Assembly (NCBI GenBank): GCA_013239625.1
Contig: MU055574.1
Span: 20,506,115-20,570,114 of the forward strand
Direction: 5' to 3'
From: Lama guanicoe
Lineage: Eukaryota
Length of the DNA stretch: 64,000 bases
Position 1 is the first letter of the stretch. Every line of letters begins with the position of its first letter. This document shows, in pieces, positions 28,021 to 38,061 of the stretch. Position numbers and translations under genes: made by a program. A model generated the notes under the pieces. That model was given only the letters and a program-made list of their open reading frames with translations. It searched no databases and was not told the DNA's origin.

Positions 28021-28305
28021 TTTTTCCTCATTTCACTTAGTTTTTCCATTCGTTCGATAAATACCTAGGTACAGTGAGCTATCACTGTTCTGGCCCTGGG
28101 ATCCAGCATGAGCAAAACAGAGGTTTTCTTTTTCACTGGATGGTGTCACCAAATACCCAGCCAGTGCACCAGAAACCTGGGACTCACCCTAACTCCTCTC
28201 TCTCCCAACCTCCGAGCTAGTCCCCAGGATTCTGATGAGTGTGAACTTCTTCCTGCTCTCCATTCCCACTGCTGCTGCCTTCACGACAACATGCATCACC
28301 CTGCC

Positions 28306-28736
28306 CTGGTGGGTCAGTTGCCTGGCGCTGCTCTAACAAAGTACCACAACCTGGGTGGCTTAGAGCAACTGAAGATTATTGTTGCACAGGTCTGGAGGCC
28401 AGAAGTCCGAGATCAAGGGGTTGGCAGGACCGTGCTCCATCCGAAGGCTCTCGGGAAGGGTCTGTCCCAGGCTTCTCTCCTGGGAGCTCCTTGGCTGGCG
28501 GCAGCACAGCTCCAGTCTTCACTTGGCACTCTCCTTGGGTGCGTGTCTGCCTCTTCANNNNNNNNNNNNNNNNNNNNNNNNNNNNNNNNNNNNNNNNNNN
28601 NNNNNNNNNNNNNNNNNNNNNNNNNNNNNNNNNNNNNNNNNNNNNNNNNNNNNNNNNNNNNNNNNNNNNNNNNNNNNNNNNNNNNNNNNNNNNNNNNACT
28701 TTAACATCTTTTTGAGGGATAAAATTCACCCCATAA
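28306..28736 (-). mobile_element. MaLR LTR (MLT1A-C-like) spanning an assembly gap
   Basis: gctgctctaacaaagtaccacaacctgggtggcttagagcaac...tctggaggccagaagtccgagatcaagg. Confidence 0.75.
28558..28697. other. Assembly gap (140 N)
   Basis: Run of N. Confidence 1.
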
Positions 28737-29325
28737 GACCTGGGCTGTGGCACAGCTTTTCAACCTCTAGTAATTCTCCCTCACATGAGCCCCACACCTG
28801 TCCTTCACGTGAGTGGTCAGTGTGGTCTGGCTAAAATAAAAGTCTGATCCTGTGGCTACTCAGCTAAAGATTCTCCCTTGTTTCCCTTCTGTTAGCAAAG
28901 CACAGAGTTCCTTAAAACCTGGCCTGAGCCTTCCTCACTAGCGCCGCCTGCCCTGCCCCCCCGCGCCCCGTTCCTTTACTCTCATCCGTGTTCTGGCTAC
29001 ATCTGATCAGATCATCTCCTTTGGGAATCCCGCTGATTCCTCCAGATTGAGTTAGTCTTAGAGGGCATTCTGTCTCCCTTAATTCCCTGCAGGCAATTAC
29101 CTTCCAACTTATCACACTGTGTAGTATATCTCTGGTTTCTTGACTCTCTTCTTAAATCTGTGAGTCCCCTGAGGCAGGGACCATGCCTTCTTTGCATCCC
29201 TAGTGCCACGTATAGTATCAATTAAGACATAAATATTCACTATGTGCTTGTTCAGTTAACTTTACTGTCTTCTCATGGAATTATGCCTTCTGTGGAGAGT
29301 GAGCAGAGAAGAAAAAGATGGCGGT

Positions 29326-29469
29326 CCAATATTCAATATCTTGTAGTAACCTGTAATGAAAAAGAATAGGAAAAGGAATACAGGTAGGTATATGTATGAC
29401 TGAAACATGATGCTGTACACCAGAAATTGACACAACATTGTAAACTGACTATTATTCAGTTAAAAAAAA
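29326..29469 (+). mobile_element. 5'-truncated LINE-1 tail
   Basis: L1 3' UTR text; TSD aaaaagatgg(c/t)ggtccaat on both sides. Confidence 0.85.
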
Positions 29470-30009
29470 GATGGTGGTCCAATGAGTCACCTTGTTCCTG
29501 GTACAATTTTTTGAGAGAACTCACTCAGAGAAGACTTGCTAATACAGACCTGGTGCTTGTATTTATCTACGAGCTCCTGACCCTCCAAGTAGAGACGTTA
29601 CACTAAGGAAACCACAACACGTATCCTGAGTCAGATGACGGTTTGTTTCAAAGGTCACTGTTTCCCATCTTCTCACTTCCATGAGGTTATCTTTCTTCCC
29701 AGCAGGAGAACTTAAACAACGAATATCTCTCATTAATCTGTGGACTGTTTCCTTCCAAGCACCAGCCTACAGTGACATTCTTGCTGGAGTTGCCACAATG
29801 CAGCTGCCACTGATCAGTCTCATACGTGCACCTCTTAAGGGGCTCCACATACTTCTCAAGGGGACCCTCTGCAGGCACTTTCTCTTCCTTCACGGCTCCT
29901 ATGAATCCCCTCAGTGTTCTTTCCATGTCTCCGCTGCTTTTCTGGCCTGTTCTCTCTTCTTCATAAATAAGGTGCTCCCCAAGGGGACAATTTGCATATT
30001 CCAAACATG

Positions 30010-30528
30010 GTCACACCTTGATATCTGTCCCCTTCCACTTGCTCTTCTAATCATGTGACTGACCCTCTTCCATTGAGAACAGGGTTCCTCCCCCTGAATC
30101 TGGGCGGGGCCTCGTGACTGCCCTGACCACTCTTGTAGGACAAAATGGTGTTACCGACTTCCAAGATGAGCCCACTGCTCTCCCTCTCCTCTCTCTCTCT
30201 TTTTGACTAGGATCCCAGCTACAATGTTTAAAGGAGCTCAGGTCACATGTAGAGGCCACATGCAAGGCATTCCAGCTAAGGTCTCAGCCGACAGCCAGCA
30301 CCACTGTCAGATATGGGAATGAGTAAACCTCCAGAGGATTCCAGCCCTGAGCCCTCAGATCTTTTAGCTGAGGACCATAACTCATGGGGCAGAAAGAAGC
30401 CATTCTTCTTGGGCTCTTTCTGAGTACTTGACACACAGAAACTCTTGAGAATTAATAAATGAAGATTGTTATATTAAGTCACTAAGTTTGAGAGTAGTTT
30501 ATTATATGCCAACAGATCACTTAATATA
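30010..30528 (+). mobile_element. MaLR LTR (MLT1 family)
   Basis: ccctgaatctgggcggggcctcgtgactg...aataaatgaagattgttatattaagtcactaagtttg. Confidence 0.7.
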
Positions 30529-32126
30529 CCAAGAATCTCTTTTGTTATCTCCCTGGGCTATTTCATTCACTTTGTTGGTGTCCAGTTACCCCTCCCATCA
30601 TCAATGCACCTGTCTTTGCAAATGTCTCCCCTGTAATTACTTCCAGTTCTGACTTCTTGTCCATGTTTAGCGTTGGACTGCCTGCTGCCTCAAGAGTACC
30701 TCCTCTTTGATATTCCTCAGACTCATTATTGCACAGAAAGACATGGCATCCTTCTTCTCAAATTCATTTTGCTTCTTCTGTTTCCTCTTTCTGTTCTTGG
30801 CAGCACCAACTTTCCAATCTAGAAACTTTAATCGTCACTGATGCCTTCTTTTCTGTCTGTCGTGTCCAACCAGTTGTCAAGTGTTGTATTGTGTTGTCAG
30901 TTGGTACGCATTTGGCTGCAAGTAACATAAAAGCCAACTAAACATGGTGTAGCAGTCTGGGTCCAATCAGAGAATAGAAAACAGGACATTCAATATTATT
31001 AACTATGACCAAAGAGCAACTATATGATATAAAGGAACTGTATATAGTATTCTAAGGGTGGTACCAAGGGAAGACAAGCTTGGAAGGGGTTCAGATCTCA
31101 CTGGAGAAGGTGTAGTTCAGCTCATCAGAGAGGCTCCCTGATATGGCCAGGCTGGAGCTGGTCAGTAGTTGCAGTTGGTCACCCTCTGGCATGCAGGTGG
31201 GGAAAAAGGTGATCAGCAACCAGTGGTGTGGAGGTGCTGGAAACAGCAAGGGAATCTCTTTTCTTGAGATTTCCTTCCAGAGGGTGTTTTACTCAGAAAG
31301 CTTAACACATGCTCACTGTAAGGAGAACTATGCACAAGAATTCCTTTGTCCATAGCATAGCATATATTGAAGGGTGCATTTGGAGCTGAGAGGCAATAAA
31401 TTATTAATTAACACACATGGCTTAAGCAAAATTATTTATCATATCACAAAGCAAATAATCAGATACTGGCCAGTTCTAGCTTTTTGGTGAAGTGGTCAGC
31501 AACGTCACTGAAGACCCTGGTGTTTTCCACCTTTCTCCCACATGTTGGCTGTATCTTCCCTCGGAGTTACAAGAGACTACAGTAGCCATAAGTGTCTTAT
31601 ACACACAGCACTGCTTCTAGGGGAGAAAAGGGATGAGGAGGGATTTCCTTTGTATCAATTATCAGAGAGAAAAACATTTTGTAGTAGATCCCAGGGGACT
31701 TCTTATCAATTTCCATGAGCAGGATTGGGGCAGATGCCCTCCCTCTGGTTGTAAAAACAGCCACATTGCAAAGGTCTCACACCTTTAGCCTCGTTAGTGG
31801 GAGGTGGGCTTTGCCTGCAGGGAAGGGCATGGGGAATGCCTACCAGAAGGCAGCCAACCGTGTCTGCTTCATACTTCTATCCCCACTCCCCCTCTGTTCC
31901 CACTGCCACTGCTCCAGGTAGTCACAGGGCACCTTAGTGCCCTGGGTAGTAGTAAGACCCAAGTTCTACTCTGGGCCAAGTGTTAACCAGGTGGGAACTG
32001 AGTGTTTCTGAGGAAGGGCAAAAGAGTTTCTACTTTTTCTTTCGTCACCTTAACGCTGATGCTTTTATTAAAGCAGTTTCCAGTTCATCCTGTACCTGGA
32101 TAGCTTTTCCTGAAGTGTAATTGTGA

Positions 32127-32153
32127 ACACACACACACACACACACACACACA
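32127..32153. repeat. (CA)n microsatellite
   Basis: Directly visible. Confidence 0.95.
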
Positions 32154-33527
32154 CTTTCTCTCATGCTCCAAATCTTCCAATGACAAGGAAGTTTCCAATG
32201 ACGAGAAGTTAAAATTATGGGCTTTCATACCAGATCAGATCATTCACATCGAAGCTCTTAATAATTGCATGAACTTGGGAAAGGTATTTAATTTCCTTAT
32301 GCCTGAATTTCTCATCTTTTAAATGAGGATGGGATTACTATGCTCAGAAGATTGCTATAAAGAGTAAATTATATAATGCAGGAATGGTTTTGGACACATA
32401 GTGAGTCTTTAGTAATTATTATTTTGTCAGCCATTATTGTTCCTCAATTTATATCCAACTAAATCTAAGTTTCCAAGGTGATCATTTAAGATCCTGCAGG
32501 AGCTGATCCTAATACAATTTTTCCGAACTTTTACTCAAATGGAATGTCTCCCCTACTAAACCATGAATGACTCGAGGGAAGGATCATACTCCATAAGCCC
32601 AGGATTTAGCACAATCTTTGGCCAAAGTCGTTTCTCTCTGTTCCCATATGGTTTTGACTCCAAGCAAAAGGCCTTGCTCATTACACAGCTTCTATCTTTT
32701 CCTACCCGTGCCTTGCTCTTGCAGTTCACCTTGTCTGCAGTGTCATCTCTCCATCTCCCTCCACCCCCATCCTTCCAGGTGCAAAAGCTATTTCTTCACG
32801 ATGGGATCTCTTTCCCAACTCTCGTCTGAAAAATGGTAAACCTATAGAAAAGTTGAAAGAAGAGTACAAGAACACTGATACACTCTTTACCTACATTTAC
32901 TAACTGTTACTATTTTTTGATATCTGCTTTCTATCTATATATGTATCCTTTATTTTTTCTGACCCTTTTAGAAGTTACAGACATTATGACATTTTATGTT
33001 CAACATGTATCACCTAAGAATAAGAATGTTCTCCTACGTAATCACAATATCATTATGACACTCAAAAAATTTACCGTTGATTTGCTAATACTATCTACCA
33101 TCCAGTTTTTGCCTTGGGAAACAGATTATTTTATTTATCACATAGGAATCAAGAAATGCCCAAAAGGAATGACAATGTGCCTTGAGGGACTCCCAGTAAA
33201 GTTATGCTATTCTCTGGGTGGTCAGAAGTTTCTGGAATTTTGTTGTATGTTTCAGTCTGAGTTTCAGAGAGACATCTGAGCACCACCAGTTTGAAAGCTC
33301 ATGGTTTATGCTCCAGAGGGGCACCCAGTATCTTTACCTGAAGCTATCATTGCTCTAGATACCAAACATCCACAGCAACATCATGTACCTGTCCTGAGTC
33401 TGTCACCTGAGCTTGCATTTCCAAAGCCCGGCCAAGTGTCAGGTGCAAGAAGATTGGACCTTCACAGTGGTGTAGTGGTTGGAGCAACTGGATTCCAAGC
33501 CTGGATCTGTCCTTTTATTTGAGAGGT

Positions 33528-34356
33528 ATATTCGTGTAATAGGACTGCTGTAAAAATGTTAAAAAGAAAATTTTAACTGAGTCAATTTTTAAAGATCTTA
33601 TTGGCTTTTTTCAATGACTCATGAATCAGGCAGCATCCAATCTAGCAGAGAGAAAGCAGCTCTGAAGAACTGTATGAAATAAAAGACTTTTATAGGCAGA
33701 AGGGAGCAGGAATGAGGAAGTTATACCAGCAAAAACTGGATTGGTTGTGACAAGGTCAATTTCTTTAAGGGGGCGGTTTATCAGGCAGATGACCTCCCTA
33801 GTGCTTACCAGGGGATTTCTGATTGATTGGTTTCAGATTCCACTCTTGGGAGATACTGAAACTATAGTTAAGTCTCAATTTGGTGACCTGGGGGCTTAGC
33901 ATAAGTGACTCCACTTTGGGCCTGTTGTCTTATTTTTAATACTAAGTACCATGAACTGAGTGGCTTAGAACAACAGAAATGCATTGTTGTGAAATTCTGG
34001 AGGCCAGAAGTCCAAAATGAAAGTGTCAGCAGGGCCCTGCTCTCTCTGAGGCTCTAGGGGAGAATTTCTTCCTTGCCTTTGTCCTGGCTTCTGGAGTTGC
34101 GGGCCATCCTGGGCATTCCTTGGCTTGCAGATGCATCACTCCTTCATCCTCGCATGGCTGTCTTCACCCTGTGTGTCTCTACTCCACTTCTTACAAGGAC
34201 ACCAGTCATATTGGACTGAGCCCACCCTCCTGTGATATGATCTAATGACAACAAATTACTTCTACAACAACTGTATTTTCAAATAAGATCACATTCCAAA
34301 GTAATGGGGATTAGTACTTCAACATGTCTTTTTAAAGGACATATTACAACCCAACA
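33528..34356 (-). mobile_element. MLT1B/C-like LTR with a nested ERV1-type solo LTR (~33557-33941)
   Basis: MLT start (aggactgctgtaaaa) resumes at aagtaccatgaactgagtggcttagaacaacagaaa after a ~385 bp tgttaaaaag...ttttaata insert. Confidence 0.65.
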
Positions 34357-34610
34357 TATGGGGTCTTGTGCTAACATCTCTAAATCTGTTTCCTCTAAAG
34401 TTTGCTGCAAAATTTAAAAGAAATATAGGAGAGTTATGCCTTCTACCATTTGACTTTAGAGTTTCCAATATACAGTTTATATTCAAGTTTTCCCAGTTAC
34501 CCTCAAGTGTCCTTTACGCCTTCCTTTTTTGGGGTCTGGGCTCCAGTTGAAGGTCATGCATCACATTTTGTTGTCTTGCCTCTTTATTCTCCTTTAATTC
34601 AGGATAGCGG

Positions 34611-35224
34611 TGAGACAGGAGGGAAGGGGGCAGGACACAACAGTTAAAAGAATGACACAGCAATTGAGGATACAAGAAAAACTGATTAGAACCAATTATG
34701 CCCGAGATGGCAGAAGATTTGACTTCCTTGACCTTGACCTTGCGTTTCATTATACACTCATTGTAATATATTAGTATGCTAGATGACACACCCACAGTTT
34801 TCACTAAAGTTCTGAGGTTGACTATAAAAGGCTGAAAAGTGGGCAGTGGCCCAATTTCTGAAAATCCCACCCCTTCCCCAAAATAGTTGGAATCATCCTC
34901 ACACTTGTTAGCCTATGAAATGACCCAGTGCATAAAAACTAATCACTCATGCATACCAACCACACCCTCACCTCTGCACCCACCATTGGCACCGCCCCCA
35001 TCACTCAGGCCCCTCTCAATTTCTGAGAAGTTCCTCCATTCAGTCTCTGGAATGTGTATCTCTCTAAATAAACTATCTTTCACTTTACTATGGCTTGCTA
35101 TTGAACTCCTTTCTGCATGAAGCCAAGGACCCTCGCTTCCCTCGCTTGGTGGCCTATTCCAAGAACTTGTCCAGGACAAGACACCTGGGACATGACTGTT
35201 CTCTGGCTCCCTTTTCCTGCAGCA
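34611..35224 (+). mobile_element. Solo ERV LTR ~2.5 kb upstream of IGF2R
   Basis: TG...CA ends, approximate 4-bp TSD gcgg/gcag, TATAAAAG 34823-34830, AATAAA 35067-35072. Confidence 0.7.
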
Positions 35225-35225
35225 G

Positions 35226-35585
35226 CAGTTCTCACACTTTCATGCGTATGAGTCTCCTGGAAAGCTTATTGAAACAATATCCTGGGTCACATCTCCAAAG
35301 ATTTTGAGTCCATAGGTTGAAGTGGGGCCCAAGAATTGGCATTTCTAACAAGCAGGCAGGTGAAGTCAAAGCTGCTGGTCCAAACCCCACACTTTTGAGA
35401 ACTGCTGATCTACAACAAGGGTTGGCCTACTTCTGCTGTTGAGGCCAGATGGTAAAATGCTTTAGGCTCTTGGGGCTTGGTTGCGACCAGTCAATTCTGC
35501 TGTTGTAGGCAAAGCAGCCAGCGGCAAGCCATTCCAATAAAACTTTATTTACAAAACAGTTTCCTGGCCAGACTTGGCCTTAGTC
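35226..35585. mobile_element. MER5A-like and MER58-like DNA transposon remnants
   Basis: cagttctcacactt...ggggcccaagaattggcatttctaacaag...ttgagaactgctg; then ccaataaaactttatttacaaaacag. Confidence 0.65.
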
Positions 35586-36559
35586 TGCTGTTTACTCTTG
35601 CTTTTTTGGGGGGAGGAGGGTAGGGAGGAGGTCTTTTAGAGCACTGACATTTTCAAATTATCCAGTTCAGTTTTCCCGTACAGTGTTTCACAATCTGGAT
35701 TTGGTTATTTTATTTTGATTACATTTAGATTAAATATCTTTGCAAGAACACCACATAAGTGATATTGTGCACTGCAGGGGGAAATTGTGAAAGACTGTGA
35801 AATGAACCAAATATATTATTGGGTAACTTCGGTGGAAAGCTAGGTGCCATCTAATACAGTCTTGTGGGTTATCTGATTCTATGAGGCTCTGTGCCTTTTA
35901 CTGACTTTGAGCTATTTTACAGCTCTATAAATTGTGAAATACCGATGATAATGGTTATGATTCTTGTCTTTACAAATGCAAATCCAGTTCCTTGGACATC
36001 CATTTGATCTACGGATATTGACCAATCCTCCATCTATTAGGCAATTTAACTTCAACATTCCTGACTGTGCTTGTCTGTGTTGGATTCTCTTGGGATTCTC
36101 TTTTGAACTAGTTGTAATGCGTTACTAGTTCTCAGATTAGTGAGTTAAGTAGTATCTTTGACATATGTTCATTTTACATCTGCATCTGAGTCATGATTAA
36201 ATATTGTCCTTTAGCAGTATTTTTCATTGCATCACTTTAGGAAACAGAAGATGTTAGTTTTTCCAAATATTGGTGATAGGAGTTTTGATCACTTGATTAA
36301 GGTGGTTCTACCAGACCTTTCCATTGTAAAAATATGTTTTTTCTTCATTAGGAAAATATCCTTTGAGGTATAGTGAATATTCTGGTTTGGAATTATTTTT
36401 CACATGATGGTTTTAGTTTCCACTGAATAGCGTTGCCTGTATCCGTTATAACATCGGAGTTGCAAAATATGACCCTTTCTTGATGGCCACAGTTGGACAT
36501 CTGAGTACTCCCTTTGAGCCACTACAACACTTTTCCTTTCTTGGGCCATATTCCTCTTT

Positions 36560-36815
36560 GGCAATATAGCATAGTGGCTAAGCCACAGGCCCTGGGACTG
36601 TCTGGCTTGGGCTTAAACCTTGGCTTCTCCAATTACTAGCTGTATGACTTGCAAACTATTTAATTTCTCTGTGCCACACTTTCCTTATCTGTAAAATGGG
36701 TGCTTATAAAGATTCCTCTCTTATAGGATTGTGTTAGGATTAAATGAGCTAAATCAAAGCACCAGAACTGTGCCTGGCACATAACTATTGCTTAGTAAAT
36801 GTTAGCTATTATTGT
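36560..36815 (+). mobile_element. MIR SINE
   Basis: ggcaatatagcatagtggctaag...ttccttatctgtaaaatggg...aggattaaatgag...gtgcctggcacata. Confidence 0.8.
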
Positions 36816-37620
36816 GTGTGTGTTTGAATTCCTGCTTTGCTGCAACTCAGTGGCTTTGGGTAAGTTACCTAACATCTCTGTGCCTGTTTCTCATCTATAG
36901 CAAAGCCCCCAGATTCATGCTTGTTAAGCAGTAGTACAGTGTCTCGTATGGAGTAAGTATTTTTAAAAAGATGAGCTGTTACCAATGTAACTATTCTGGA
37001 TAATAATATTATTCTACATAAGGTAAACTTTTTGAGTCCATCTCTTTTCAGATTTACCCTCTTGCTTTCACTGTGCCTAGCTCAAAGCCATTCACACAGC
37101 AGAGGTTTAACAAAATATTTGAATAGAGGGATTAATAAAGCTTTGCTGAGTGGCACTCACTTGACAGTTACACTTTTTACCTCCTTTATATTTCAAGTCC
37201 CTACATTTGTGCCGCCTTCCTTATTGTGGGAAGCACATGCTTGGGAAATAACATTGCCACAGAAGGCTGTGAGAGGCTCTGCTGGGGAATAGTTGGAAAA
37301 CTCCGCGCAGCGCCTCCGCAGGGCAAGAAAAGTAGGTTCCCCAAGCAGCACGATTGTGCGTTCACGGTGGCATTCACAGCTTGGCACTTAAGTCTAAACC
37401 TTCTTTTTCCCCGCCCCCCGTATATCGGCCGAAAGTGGGAAACGGTGACTCCAAGTTGGGAAGCACCCACATCGCGACCCAGAGTGAGCGCTGGGAGAAA
37501 CGGAGGCGGGGGCCGGGTCCCCGCGGTGACGGCCGCCGGGACACAGGCCCTCAAGCCGCACCTGCGCCCGCGCGCCCGCCGCGCCCGCCGCGCGCGGCTT
37601 CCTGCCCCGCGCGAGCGGCG

Positions 37621-37728
37621 CTCACGTGACCAGGGCTGGGCGGAGCCGGGCGGGCGGGGATCACCTGAACAAGGGAGTCATGTGAGCGGGGCGGGGGAGG
37701 GGGCGGTGCCGGGCAGTAGTCACGTGAC
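37621..37728. promoter_or_regulatory. Four E-boxes with interspersed GC boxes (USF/MiT-TFE sites, including a perfect CLEAR element)
   Basis: CTCACGTGAC 37621-37630, TCACCTGA 37661-37668, GTCATGTGAG 37677-37686, GTCACGTGAC 37719-37728; GGGCGG boxes between E1/E2 and E3/E4. Confidence 0.85.
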
Positions 37729-37743
37729 CGGTTCCGGGGCCGC

Positions 37744-37912
37744 CGAGCCCAGACGAGCCGCGCGCCCCTTCGGCTCCAGCTCCGCTCCCGCTCCTCTCGC
37801 GCTCGTGTCTTCCTCCGTCTCCGCCCTGGCGGCTCAACCATGTCCCGGACGCGGCCCCCGGCAGCCGCGCGCCGCTAGCCCCGCGCCCGCCGCGCAGCCC
37901 GGCCCCGACGCG
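37744..37912 (+). other. IGF2R: IGF2R 5' UTR (approximate start)
   Basis: GC-rich sequence beginning CGAGCCCAG just after the last E-box; resembles the human IGF2R mRNA 5' end as recalled. Exact TSS cannot be determined from sequence. Confidence 0.6.
37840..37878 (+). other. Upstream ORF in IGF2R 5' UTR ([12 protein letters not shown])
   Basis: caACCATGt at 37840 (A at -3); 12 codons; TAG at 37876-37878; out of frame with and ending 34 nt before the main ATG. Confidence 0.6.
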
Positions 37913-38061
37913 ATGGGGGCCGCCGCCGGCCGGAGCGCCCACCTGGGGTCGGCACTCGCCGGCCGCCCGCGGGGCTCCCTGCTCCTGCTGCAGCTGCTGC
38001 TTCTGGTCTGGGCCGCCGGGGCCGCGGGGACCCAGGGCGCCGAGTTTCCAGAGCTGTGCAG
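37913..38061 (+). CDS. IGF2R: IGF2R exon 1 coding part (signal peptide and start of domain 1)
   Basis: ATG 37913 in strong context (gcgATGg) encodes [49 protein letters not shown], matching the IGF2R/CI-MPR N-terminus. 149 nt, ending in phase 2 at donor AG|GTGGGT (GT 38062-38063). Confidence 0.97.

Noticed and set aside
1-37200. MAS1 or another upstream gene or processed pseudogene
   Set aside because: No ORF or fragment resembling the MAS1 GPCR or another recognisable protein; ORFs are short and mostly overlap repeats. MAS1 presumably lies outside the window.
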